A stretch of 64,000 nucleotides of DNA, from positions 22,780 to 86,779 of the forward strand of contig JAGBTY010000050.1 of NCBI GenBank assembly GCA_017631085.1. The letters are read 5' to 3'. The stretch is from Clostridia bacterium (GTDB lineage: Bacteria > Bacillota > Clostridia > Oscillospirales > CAG-272). The notes beneath the pieces were generated by a model, which ran no database searches, was not told the origin of the DNA, and worked only from the letters and a program-made list of their open reading frames with translations. A program made the position numbers and the translations under genes. This document shows, piece after piece, positions 1 through 10,838 of this stretch (within the stretch, counting starts at the first letter, position 1; every line of letters begins with the position of its first letter).

Positions 1-204
1 AAGTTCAGAAAAGGGGGAGGCCTTGGAATTTCCCGAATTAATAACAGCACTTCTTTTTTGCAGAGAGGCAACAGACGAGGACGGTGCTTCTGTGACGTCT
101 TCCACAAAGCTGTTCCATGCGCTGCAACGAGGACATTTTCCCAGCCATTTGGGACTTTCATATTCACATTCGGAGCATATATATACAGTTTTCAGCCCTT
201 TCAT
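1..204 (-). CDS. radA: DNA repair protein RadA/Sms, N-terminal fragment (gene runs off the left edge)
   Basis: Not in the ORF track (no stop in window). Reverse-strand translation from the ATG at 204-202 gives MKGLKTVYICSECEYESPKWLGKCPRCSAWNSFVEDV... This is the CxxC-x10-CxxC zinc ribbon that opens RadA/Sms. GGAGG (214-210) lies 5 nt upstream. Confidence 0.7.
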   Translation of the reverse strand, partial: MKGLKTVYICSECEYESPKWLGKCPRCSAWNSFVEDVTEAPSSSVASLQKRSAVINSGNSKASPFSEL

Positions 205-260
205 TGAAACCTCCATTACTTTAAGCATTTATATAATTATACTACTTTCCTTTTGTAAAA

Positions 261-1019
261 TCAAGGGGGATCCGCATTGTTTTCATTTTTTTGCGAAGTA
301 TCCGAACCAAGATAATTAATGATAGAGATACAAATGGAATTTGCGACCTCCTTCTGATATGAGGAGCTTGAAAGCTTTTCGCATTCAGAGGCGTTTGATA
401 AAAACCCGCATTCCACAAGAACGGCTGGATGTGTTATTTTGTCAAGCAAAAGTATGTTTTTATCCGACGGCTTGGTCACACGGTTATTTGACGTGTCAAG
501 AAGAAGCTTTCCATTCAGTTGTATCTCGTCCGCCAGAAATTTCGAGCTTGTCGAATTTGTTGAATAATATACCTGAAGTCCTTTGTACTTTTCTTGAGAA
601 AAGGAGTTCATATGTATACTGACAAATATGGCGTTTTCTGTTTTTTCAGCAATATTTAATCTTGCTTCAAGATCAAGCTGCTTCTTGTGCCCCTGATAAT
701 TTACGTTTCGGTCGTATAACAGTATGTCTTCGGTCCGTGTCATGAGAGTCTTGTATCCTTTTTCGCGTAGCATCGACTCAAGCATGAGTGAGAGAGAAAG
801 ATTTATGTCCTTTTCTAAAACTCCGTTTTTTCCGACAGCCCCTCCGTCCTCGCCACCGTGTCCTGCATCTATTATCACGGTAACGTCCGACAGATACGTT
901 TTGTTTTCCGTGTCATTTTCCATACCGTCACCATAGTCGTTTCGGTCCACGTTTGCCTTGCACGATGAGCAGTATATGATAAAAATGGCGGCAAAAAATA
1001 AAATAAATATCCTTTTCAT
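261..1019 (-). CDS. cwlD: N-acetylmuramoyl-L-alanine amidase, germination-specific CwlD type
   Basis: N-terminal signal/anchor, then VIIDAGHGGEDGGAVG...LEKDINL...SIHMNS...ECGFLSN. These are the amidase_3 zinc and catalytic motifs, colinear with B. subtilis CwlD over the full length. Confidence 0.75.
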   Translation of the reverse strand: MKRIFILFFAAIFIIYCSSCKANVDRNDYGDGMENDTENKTYLSDVTVIIDAGHGGEDGGAVGKNGVLEKDINLSLSLMLESMLREKGYKTLMTRTEDILLYDRNVNYQGHKKQLDLEARLNIAEKTENAIFVSIHMNSFSQEKYKGLQVYYSTNSTSSKFLADEIQLNGKLLLDTSNNRVTKPSDKNILLLDKITHPAVLVECGFLSNASECEKLSSSSYQKEVANSICISIINYLGSDTSQKNENNADPP

Positions 1020-1124
1020 ACGGCTTTATCCTCCTGTACTGTAAAAATTTATGAGGGATTTTTAAAATAAAACACATAATTTTAAAAATGTTTCAAAAAA
1101 ACAATTATAAAAATAAAAAAACCG

Positions 1125-2670
<1,546 letters not shown>

Positions 2671-2680
2671 TATAAATAAA

Positions 2681-2722
2681 AAGTTTCGTCGACTTTATTT
2701 GAGTCGGCGAAACTTTTTTCTG
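2681..2722 (+). terminator. Rho-independent terminator after guaB
   Basis: 13-bp stem AAGTTTCGTCGAC / GTCGGCGAAACTT (one G-U pair), 9-nt loop, followed by TTTTTCTGTTTTT. Confidence 0.7.
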
Positions 2723-2815
2723 TTTTTCTCAATATAATATATACAAAATCAAAAAAATATGATATAATATACGTATTAATAAAATAATCGGACTGTTCGG
2801 AGAAAGGTCGAAAAA

Positions 2816-3661
2816 ATGGACAAAAAGAAGAATTATAAAAAAAATACCAATATAAAGAGTGGCGAAAATCAAAGAAGATCATATAATAATGGCAGAGACA
2901 GACGCGCCGATAATGCTGAAATATCCGAGGGCCTTGTTTTTGGAAGAAATGCAATAAGAGAGCTTTTAAGATCCGAAAGAGCAATAGACAAGATCTTTGT
3001 TCAGAAGGGTGAGCGTGAGGGATCGATAGTCGTGCTTGTTGCAGAGGCTATCGAACGTCACATTCCCATAGTTGAGGTCGAAAGAGCGAAGCTGGATACA
3101 ATGACAGGCTTTGCTATACATCAGGGTATAGTTGCAATGGCGGCGGAAAAGGAGTATTGCAGCGTTGAGGATATTCTTGCCATTGCGGCAGAACGCGGAG
3201 AGAAGCCTTTTATCGTTATAGCCGACGGTATAACCGATCCTCATAATCTTGGAGCGATCATCCGTACAGCAGAGGGCGTTGGAGCACACGGACTTATAAT
3301 TCCCAAAAGAAGAGCAGTAGGACTTACTCCTGCCGTTACAAAGGCTTCATGCGGTGCAATAGAGCATCTTGCTATTGCAAAGGTGGTAAATATTGCCGCA
3401 ACCATTGAAAAGCTTAAAGATAACGGAGTATGGATATTCGCAGCCGATATGGGCGGAGAGGCTTATTATAATACAGATTTCAATTGTCCGTGCGCAATAG
3501 TGCTTGGAAGCGAGGGCGACGGTATTTCCAAGATAGTAAAGGACAATTCTGATTTTATTACGTCGATACCTATGTACGGTCACGTAAATTCATTTAACGT
3601 ATCCACAGCGGCTGCCGTGATCCTTGCGGAAATCTCAAAGCAGCATAGAAATATCAAATAA
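2816..3661 (+). CDS. rlmB: TrmH/SpoU-family 23S rRNA (guanosine-2'-O)-methyltransferase, RlmB-like
   Basis: Basic N-terminal tail, SpoU substrate-binding domain, then SPOUT motifs DGITDPHNLGAIIRTA, IVLGSEGDGIS and SFNVSTAAAV. Confidence 0.85.
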   Translation: MDKKKNYKKNTNIKSGENQRRSYNNGRDRRADNAEISEGLVFGRNAIRELLRSERAIDKIFVQKGEREGSIVVLVAEAIERHIPIVEVERAKLDTMTGFAIHQGIVAMAAEKEYCSVEDILAIAAERGEKPFIVIADGITDPHNLGAIIRTAEGVGAHGLIIPKRRAVGLTPAVTKASCGAIEHLAIAKVVNIAATIEKLKDNGVWIFAADMGGEAYYNTDFNCPCAIVLGSEGDGISKIVKDNSDFITSIPMYGHVNSFNVSTAAAVILAEISKQHRNIK

Positions 3662-3704
3662 TAATTAAGTGATTTTTAGACTTTACTCTTCTTTAGGAGG
3701 TCGT

Positions 3705-6659
3705 ATGAATAAGGATAATAACATTGACGATATATTGAAGCTTCTTAAAAATTCGGTAGAAGGTGAAGAGGCTACTGATACCAATTATGGTGATAGTGAA
3801 GCAAGATCATCGGAAGATATTTCGGAGGAAGTATTGAAAAAACAACTCCGCGATCAATATATGGGAGAGCTTTCGGAAATCGAAACGGATAGCTCGGATG
3901 AGGGTGAGGATAGCTACGCCCTTGATGACGATTTTCTTAAAGAAGCAGTGGCAGACGAGAGTGTCGCTGAAGAAACAGAAGAAATAGAAGAAATAGAAGA
4001 AATAGAAGAGCCCGAAGAAGCTTATGAAATACAAGAGGAGCTTGGTGAGATAATCATAGACGAAGATCTCGAAGAAGGAGCGGAAGAAGAGCCTGTTTTG
4101 TCAGAAGAGATCGACGAGTATGCAGAGCTTGACGAATATATTGAACAAATTCAAGCGGAAATAGAGGAACAGGAAGAAGACGAGTCTCTATTTGAACTGG
4201 GTGAAAACGAAGAGGATATTGAATCAAGAGCAGAAAATACCAATACTGAAGCTCTGGTCGCTTCAATGCTTGCTATAAGCTCTGATATGGAAGCATCTCA
4301 AAATGAAGGCGAAGAAGAGCTTCTCCAAGATATTGAATACATAGAAAGTGAGCCGACCGAAGAGGAAACAGAGACCTATGACGAGATAGTTTTTGCTTCC
4401 GAGAAGGATTCGTTTCAGGACAATATTCTTGACGAGGCTTTGGGCGCTGAAGTTTCTTATGACGAGGATTTTGATGACGAAGACATAAACAAAGAAGCCG
4501 AGATTTCAGACCAAGCTACCGAAGAAGCAGAGGAAGAAAGGATATCTTTAAAGGAGCTGTTGACAGATAGAAGTAATGATCCGAAAATTGAGGAAGATCA
4601 TGCTTTGGAGCTCCAGGAGGAAGAGAGCACCTCGTCTTCAAAATACGGAGACGATTATTCATATAATTCAGAGCAAGAGGAAGATAAGGAAAGCGAGATC
4701 TCTCTGCCCGATGACATAGACGAGCTTGACGATTCTGTTTTCGACATTATGATGCAGATGGGATGCTACGAAGAAGCAAAAGCATCGCTGAAGCGAAACG
4801 TGACAGAGGAAAGTAAGCAGGAAAGCCAAGAGATATCTGTCAAGGAACAGCAAAGAGAACAGGATAAGGAAAGACTTGAGGAAGCTCTGTTCGACTATCA
4901 GGTTGAAAAGAAAAACAGCCTACTCAGGCTTATTGGTATTGGAGTTATTACCCTTATTCTGCTTCTATATGAATTGCTTCCAATATTCGACGTATCCTTT
5001 AAGGGAATATTCGATTACGAAAACTATCCGGTTGCATATTCTCTTATAGGTCTGCAACTTGTGGTTTTTGATATTATAATAATGTACCGCAGACTTTGGA
5101 AGGGAATAAGATCTGTATTTACTACCGATAGATCGGTGGATAACGTTGTATCCTTTACCGTTGGCGTTGTTGTTTTGTATGATATCTTATCTCTTTTCGG
5201 TGTTTCGGAAAAAATGCCGATCGCATTTAATTTTATTATTTCCGTGCTTATGCTTCTTTTGTGTATTGACGAATTCATTTCCATAATTACAAAGATCAAT
5301 GGCTGCGAAATAGTATTATCCGACGATGCAAAATATGAATTTTCAAAGTGCGCAAGATTTGGCGGTGTTGCAGAAAAGATGTACCGTGGCGGATATAGCA
5401 CAGAAAGAAGCGTGTTTGTCATGAACGGAACAGATAATATCGATATGTATGCAAACGATATCATCGCCGACGAAAAATTGATATCAAAAAAATCCAAGAT
5501 ATTATTGATACCCGCATTTGTTTTAGCGGCAGTCATGTCTATGGTCTCGGTGATACTGGAGGGAGAATTTATCAGTGCGGTCGGCTCTTTTATAATAACT
5601 CTCTTGCTTATGCTTCCCATCGGTGACGTGGTTATAAACCTGTCACTTTATACCTGCGCAAGATATAAGCTTGTTAAAAAGGGAAGTGTCGTTAACGTTC
5701 AGAAGGTAATAGAAGCCTTCGAGAACGGAGATTCTGTAGTGTTCAGCGATCTTCACCTCTATAAAAAATGTCAGCCTAAAAACATGGGTATAGTGTTCCT
5801 CCGTGACGGACAGCAGTCGCTGGTCATAAGAGGACTTGCAGGGGTTTGTTCGGCAATAGGAGGACCTATGTCGGAGCTTTTTGCCGATGCTTCAAAAAAG
5901 CTTCAGCCTGCAGATGTCAGAATAAACAAAATATGGCACAACGGAATAGACGCATTTATAGACAGACGTTATTCATTCCTTATGGGTGATGCTAAATTCT
6001 TTGAAAAATACGGCATAGTTTTTCCTGAAAACAAAGATAAAACCGGGCGCGAGGGAGTTTCTACTTTGTGTATCGCCATAGGAGGACTTCCCGTTGCAAA
6101 GGTAAGCGTAAAATACGATATAGAGCCAAAGTTCGAGGTCATAGCCGAAAGACTTTACGAGTGCGGAATATCAACGGTAATTGAGACATATGATCCGCTT
6201 ATCAATAGTTCCTTTGTTGCTTCTTGCAGAAATACGGGATCAGCGCCCATAAACGTCGTGCATAAAAATATTGCCGACAAAGACGGAAATAAAAAGGAGA
6301 TCGAGGACAGAGACGGACGCGGTATTCTTTCATGCTCGTCAAGACTTAAGCTTGCCGAGGCTCTTGTGTGGTGCCGCAAAATAATAACTATCAGAAGGCT
6401 GTCGGGAATATTCTCTTGCGTTTTTGCAACTCTTGGACTACTTTTGTCCTGTGCCGCGATCGTACTCGGAATAACGGTAGACATAAACGAATTTTACGTT
6501 TTTGCTTATCTTTTGATCACATTGTTGATCTCGTTCCTTGCGGTAAATAAATATATTCCCAAAAAGTCATATTTTACAGTCGAAGCGTTGCAGAAAAGTA
6601 ATCGAAAGAAAAACACAAAAAACAGAGGTCATCTAAAAAATGAACAAGGAAATCAGTAG
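3705..6659 (+). CDS. Large membrane protein with three parts: a polyacidic N-terminal region of about 400 aa, a polytopic membrane domain, and a degenerate P1B-type-ATPase-like cytoplasmic (P/N) domain
   Basis: I prefer the ATG at 3705 (GGAGG at 3696-3700) to the track's GTG at 3669. The first ~400 aa are E/D-rich low complexity, including a 9-nt GAAGAAATA x3 repeat at 3978-4004. Multiple hydrophobic helices follow. The segment KKGSVVNVQKVIEAFENGDSVVFSDLHLYKKCQP is colinear with the P1B consensus GxLIKGGxxLExxxxxxxxxFDKTGTLTxGxP, but DKTGT is lost. VIETYDPLINSS sits where MLTGD is expected. Confidence 0.5.
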   Translation: MNKDNNIDDILKLLKNSVEGEEATDTNYGDSEARSSEDISEEVLKKQLRDQYMGELSEIETDSSDEGEDSYALDDDFLKEAVADESVAEETEEIEEIEEIEEPEEAYEIQEELGEIIIDEDLEEGAEEEPVLSEEIDEYAELDEYIEQIQAEIEEQEEDESLFELGENEEDIESRAENTNTEALVASMLAISSDMEASQNEGEEELLQDIEYIESEPTEEETETYDEIVFASEKDSFQDNILDEALGAEVSYDEDFDDEDINKEAEISDQATEEAEEERISLKELLTDRSNDPKIEEDHALELQEEESTSSSKYGDDYSYNSEQEEDKESEISLPDDIDELDDSVFDIMMQMGCYEEAKASLKRNVTEESKQESQEISVKEQQREQDKERLEEALFDYQVEKKNSLLRLIGIGVITLILLLYELLPIFDVSFKGIFDYENYPVAYSLIGLQLVVFDIIIMYRRLWKGIRSVFTTDRSVDNVVSFTVGVVVLYDILSLFGVSEKMPIAFNFIISVLMLLLCIDEFISIITKINGCEIVLSDDAKYEFSKCARFGGVAEKMYRGGYSTERSVFVMNGTDNIDMYANDIIADEKLISKKSKILLIPAFVLAAVMSMVSVILEGEFISAVGSFIITLLLMLPIGDVVINLSLYTCARYKLVKKGSVVNVQKVIEAFENGDSVVFSDLHLYKKCQPKNMGIVFLRDGQQSLVIRGLAGVCSAIGGPMSELFADASKKLQPADVRINKIWHNGIDAFIDRRYSFLMGDAKFFEKYGIVFPENKDKTGREGVSTLCIAIGGLPVAKVSVKYDIEPKFEVIAERLYECGISTVIETYDPLINSSFVASCRNTGSAPINVVHKNIADKDGNKKEIEDRDGRGILSCSSRLKLAEALVWCRKIITIRRLSGIFSCVFATLGLLLSCAAIVLGITVDINEFYVFAYLLITLLISFLAVNKYIPKKSYFTVEALQKSNRKKNTKNRGHLKNEQGNQ

Positions 6660-8499
6660 CATTTTAAAATCTGTATCAAAGCCCGGAAGATATTCTGGAG
6701 GAGAATACGGACAGATAATCAAAGACAAAAATAGTGTGAAGGCAAGATTTGCGTTTTGCTTTCCCGACACCTATGAGATAGGTATGTCAAACCTCGGAAT
6801 GAGGATACTCTACGGTGTTCTTAACGAGCAAGAAGACGTTTGGTGTGAGCGCGTATATACTCCTTGGGTGGATATGCAGGAAAAAATGAAGGAATATGAC
6901 CTTCCTCTTACAGCCTGCGAGAGCGGAGATGAGCTTCGCGAGTTTGATATGATAGGATTCACGCTCCAATATGAAATGAGCTATACGAATGTCCTTAATA
7001 TGCTCGAACTTGCAAAGCTACCACTCAGAAGCTCGGAGCGTGACGACAGTATGCCTATCGTTATAGGCGGAGGTCCTTGCGCATATAACCCCGAGCCTGT
7101 TGCGGATTTTTTTGACCTTTTCAATATCGGTGAGGGAGAGGAGATGCTTCCAGAGCTTTGCCGCCTTTATATTCAAATGAAGGAGGAGGGAAGATATACA
7201 AAGGAAGCATATCTTCATGAAGCCGCAAGAACCATTACGGGAATATACGTTCCTTCTCTTTATGACGTAAGCTACAACGACGACGGAACGATAAAGGCGT
7301 ATGCACCTAAGTACGACGATATTCCTACAAAGGTCACTAAAAGAATAATGACCGATATGGATAGATCATATTTTCCGAGCAAGGTCGTAATGCCTTATAT
7401 TGAAACTGTGCACGACAGAATAATGCTTGAGGTGTTCAGAGGATGTATAAGAGGGTGCAGATTTTGTCAGGCGGGAATAATATACCGTCCCGTTCGTGAA
7501 AAATCTCCCGAAGTGCTTAACGATCAGGCGAAATGTCTTTTCGAATCGACGGGATACGATGAAATATCGCTTACCTCTCTTTCAATAAGCGACTATACAG
7601 AGCTTGAAGCTCTTACAGAGCAGTTGCTTGAATGGACAGACGATAATAAGGTAAGCCTGTCTCTGCCATCGCTTCGTGTCGATAGCTTTACCAAGGAGCT
7701 GATGGATAAGATAGCTTCGGTACGCTCCTCATCTCTTACCTTTGCACCCGAGGCGGGAACGCAAAGACTTCGTGACGTAATAAATAAAAACGTCAGGGAA
7801 GAGGACCTCATGAGAGCCGTTGGCGTTGCCTTTGCGGCAGGTAAAAATACGGTCAAGCTCTATTTTATGAACGGACTTCCTACCGAGACTTATGAGGACA
7901 TAAAGGGAATAGCAACACTTGCGGAGCACGTGATAGATGCTTATTATAAGTGCCCCGAAAGAAACAGATCTCAGAAGCCTCAGGTCACCATAAGCGTTTC
8001 ATGCTTTATCCCAAAGCCGTTCACACCGTTCCAGTGGGAAGCACAGGATAGCATGGAAACACTTGCCGAGAAGCAGGAATTTCTCCGCACACAGATAACC
8101 GACAGAAAGATAAGATATACATATCACGACGCCCGCGTCAGTCGTGTTGAGGCGGTACTTGCCAGAGGCGACAGACGACTTGCCGCTGCCCTTGAGCTTG
8201 CTTGTCGCGAGGGCTTCAAGTTTGATGCATGGGACGAATGCTTTGATTACGACAGATGGATATCTGTCTTTGAAAGATGTGGCATAGATCCCGCGTTCTA
8301 CGCAAATCGCGCATTTGGTCTTGACGAGGTGCTTCCTTGGGATATAATCGACTGCGGAGTAACCAAGGAATTCTTAAGGAGAGAAAGAGATAAGGCTTAT
8401 GCCGAAAATACCACTCCACATTGCCGCGAAAAATGCAGTGGGTGCGGAGCAAATAAGCTTGGAGGTGAGAAGACATGCTGCCCGAAAATAGCAAAATAA
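6640..8499 (+). CDS. B12-binding-domain radical SAM protein (TIGR03960-like family, function unknown)
   Basis: 619 aa. The CIRGCRFCQAG (CxxxCxxC) radical SAM cluster motif follows an N-terminal B12-binding-like domain. C-terminal CREKCSGCG cysteines. The start overlaps the upstream gene by 20 nt. Confidence 0.85.
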   Translation: MNKEISSILKSVSKPGRYSGGEYGQIIKDKNSVKARFAFCFPDTYEIGMSNLGMRILYGVLNEQEDVWCERVYTPWVDMQEKMKEYDLPLTACESGDELREFDMIGFTLQYEMSYTNVLNMLELAKLPLRSSERDDSMPIVIGGGPCAYNPEPVADFFDLFNIGEGEEMLPELCRLYIQMKEEGRYTKEAYLHEAARTITGIYVPSLYDVSYNDDGTIKAYAPKYDDIPTKVTKRIMTDMDRSYFPSKVVMPYIETVHDRIMLEVFRGCIRGCRFCQAGIIYRPVREKSPEVLNDQAKCLFESTGYDEISLTSLSISDYTELEALTEQLLEWTDDNKVSLSLPSLRVDSFTKELMDKIASVRSSSLTFAPEAGTQRLRDVINKNVREEDLMRAVGVAFAAGKNTVKLYFMNGLPTETYEDIKGIATLAEHVIDAYYKCPERNRSQKPQVTISVSCFIPKPFTPFQWEAQDSMETLAEKQEFLRTQITDRKIRYTYHDARVSRVEAVLARGDRRLAAALELACREGFKFDAWDECFDYDRWISVFERCGIDPAFYANRAFGLDEVLPWDIIDCGVTKEFLRRERDKAYAENTTPHCREKCSGCGANKLGGEKTCCPKIAK

Positions 8500-9218
8500 A
8501 CGAAATGGCACGGCTTAAAAAGCTTCAGAAAATAGACCCTCCGAGAAATATCCGTCTGAAGTTCAGGAAGGTAGGCTCTCTGCAGTATACCTCTCACCTT
8601 GATCTTCAAAGAACATTCAACCGAGTGATCGTAAGAGCCTGTATTCCCGTTTGGTATACAAAAGGCTTCAATCCACACATAAAGCTTGTTTTCTCAACAC
8701 CTCTCAGCGTTGGGGCGCAGAGCGAGTGCGAGTATCTTGATATAAAGATAGACAGAGAAATGAGCTGTGGCGAGATCATGGAAAGACTAAACCACGAGCT
8801 TACCGAGGAGCTTTGTATTACCGACGTGTATTATCCCATAGACGACTTTTCCGAGATAGGTTACGCCGAATACGATATGAAGATACATACCGTAGGAAAC
8901 AGCGAGAAAATGGCAGAGGATATAAAGAAGATACTTATCACCTCACCCTTGATGCTTACAAAACGCACAAAGGCAGGGGATAAGGAGATAGACATAATCC
9001 CCCTTATAAAGTCTATTGACGTGAGATATTCCTCTGACGAAGATACGGTAAATATCAATACCGTTCTCCGTGCGTCAGCCACCGAGTTTCTAAACCCCGA
9101 AATGCTTGTCACAGCCCTTAAAAATTCTCTCGGAATACTTTCCACCGATCTTTCTAAAGAATGGTATGAGATAGTAAGAAAAGAGATATTCAAAGAGGAT
9201 ATGGCGGTATTCAGATAA
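8475..9218 (+). CDS. Radical-SAM-linked protein (TIGR03936/DUF2344-like)
   Basis: The opening RLKFRKVGSLQYTSHLDLQRTFNRVIVRA is typical of the family that is usually adjacent to, or fused with, the preceding rSAM protein. GGAGG at 8461-8465. Overlaps the upstream stop by 25 nt. Confidence 0.75.
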   Translation: MLPENSKINEMARLKKLQKIDPPRNIRLKFRKVGSLQYTSHLDLQRTFNRVIVRACIPVWYTKGFNPHIKLVFSTPLSVGAQSECEYLDIKIDREMSCGEIMERLNHELTEELCITDVYYPIDDFSEIGYAEYDMKIHTVGNSEKMAEDIKKILITSPLMLTKRTKAGDKEIDIIPLIKSIDVRYSSDEDTVNINTVLRASATEFLNPEMLVTALKNSLGILSTDLSKEWYEIVRKEIFKEDMAVFR

Positions 9219-9259
9219 AATAAATAAAGCTTAATTTAATAATATTTGTGGAGGAACAA

Positions 9260-10771
9260 ATGAAAATGAAAGTAAAAATTTTGTCTCTTATAATGGCACT
9301 TCTTATGTGTGTTGCGGTATTTGTTGCATGTGATTCACCAAAAGCATCAGATGACGATGACGAAAAAGGCGGGGGTAACAAAAATAACGGAAGCGGAGCA
9401 AAGGAAAATATAAAATATTCCGAAGGACTTGAATATGAGGTAAATGACGACGGAAAGACCTGCTCTATTACATGGATAGGGGAGTGTACCGATACCAAAT
9501 TGATGATCCCTAAAGAGATTAACGGATATACGGTAACCGCAATTGGCGCTGAAGCATTTTATAAATGCGATGAGCTTGAGAAGGTAGTTATTCCCGATAC
9601 CGTTAAAAGAATTGGCACAAGCGCGTTTGTTTCTTGCTCGGAGCTTAAAAATGTATCTATTCCCGATGATATTATGTTTATCGGAGACAGTGCATTTGAT
9701 AATTGCAAAAATCTGATATTTAATGAATATGAGAACGCTAAATATTTGGGAAATGAAACCAATAAATACGTGTGTTTCTATAAGTTGATAGATAAAAATA
9801 AGAGCACCTCGGTCACAATGAATCCTTCAACAAAAATTATTGCAGACAACGTGTTTTATTTCAACACCAGACTTAAAAATGTAATCATTCCCGATAGTGT
9901 TAAAACTATTGGCGAAAGTGCTTTTTCCAGTTGTTCAAGCCTTGAGAATATAACGTTGCCGGACGGTGTTACATGCATAGGGGATAGTGCTTTTTCCTAT
10001 TGTTCAAGCCTTGAGAATATAACGTTACCTGACAGTGTTAGAATCATAGGGGACAGCGCCTTTTCCGGTTGTTCAAGTCTTAATAGTATAACATTATCCG
10101 ACGGTATTACAAGCATAGGTGACAGCGCCTTTTACCTTTGTTCAAGCCTTGAGAATATAACGCTACCCGACGGTATTACAAGCATAGGTGACAGCGCTTT
10201 TTCAAATTGTTCAACTCTTAAGAATATAACGTTACCTGACAGTGTTACAAGCATAGGAGACGGAGCTTTTAATTTTTGCTATGAGCTCATATTCAACAAA
10301 TACGGTAACGCATTATATTTGGGGAATGAAACAAACAAATATGTGTATCTGTACGGGGCAATAGATAAAGATAATTATTTTAACCCTGCTCAGATCACAA
10401 TACATCCTTCAACAAAAATTATTGAAAAAGAAGTGTTTTCCGATTTCGGGGGGAATGAGTATATAACTATTCCTGATAGCGTAATAAGTATTGGAGAATA
10501 CTGCTTTAGCTTTTCTCGGGAACTTAAAGGTGTGACAATAGGCAACGGAGTTACGAGCATTGAAAAAGGTATGTTTTATTCTTCTCAAGAATTGAAATAT
10601 GTAACTATCCCAAAAAGCGTCACGTCTATTGGGAAAGAAGCATTTCATAGAAACGATAACCTTACAGACATTTATTATACGGGAAGCAAGGAAGAATGGG
10701 AGCAGATAGAGATATCTGACGGAAATGATTCACTTGAGAACGCAACCATACATTACAATTACAAAGGTTAA
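9260..10771 (+). CDS. BspA-type leucine-rich-repeat surface lipoprotein
   Basis: I prefer the ATG at 9260 (GGAGG at 9250-9254). Signal peptide with lipobox FVAC. About 15 repeats of the 23-aa unit xxITLPDSVTSIGDSAFxxCSSLxx (69-nt period). Confidence 0.85.
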   Translation: MKMKVKILSLIMALLMCVAVFVACDSPKASDDDDEKGGGNKNNGSGAKENIKYSEGLEYEVNDDGKTCSITWIGECTDTKLMIPKEINGYTVTAIGAEAFYKCDELEKVVIPDTVKRIGTSAFVSCSELKNVSIPDDIMFIGDSAFDNCKNLIFNEYENAKYLGNETNKYVCFYKLIDKNKSTSVTMNPSTKIIADNVFYFNTRLKNVIIPDSVKTIGESAFSSCSSLENITLPDGVTCIGDSAFSYCSSLENITLPDSVRIIGDSAFSGCSSLNSITLSDGITSIGDSAFYLCSSLENITLPDGITSIGDSAFSNCSTLKNITLPDSVTSIGDGAFNFCYELIFNKYGNALYLGNETNKYVYLYGAIDKDNYFNPAQITIHPSTKIIEKEVFSDFGGNEYITIPDSVISIGEYCFSFSRELKGVTIGNGVTSIEKGMFYSSQELKYVTIPKSVTSIGKEAFHRNDNLTDIYYTGSKEEWEQIEISDGNDSLENATIHYNYKG

Positions 10772-10784
10772 CTATAAAACAAAT

Positions 10785-10824
10785 AAAAGACCGAGACCGC
10801 TCATTTGAGCGGCCTCGGTCTTTT
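10785..10824. terminator. Bidirectional rho-independent terminator between convergent genes
   Basis: AAAAGACCGAGACCGCT / AGCGGCCTCGGTCTTTT stem (one mismatch), with an A-run on one side and a T-run on the other. Lies between the LRR gene (+) and gpmI (-). Confidence 0.7.
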
Positions 10825-10838
10825 ATATTTATTTGTTT

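Noticed and set aside
23-319. Track ORF of 98 aa on the + strand at the left edge.
   Set aside because: The opposite strand of 1-204 encodes an unmistakable RadA zinc-ribbon N-terminus with a GGAGG RBS. The + strand ORF has no RBS and odd composition.
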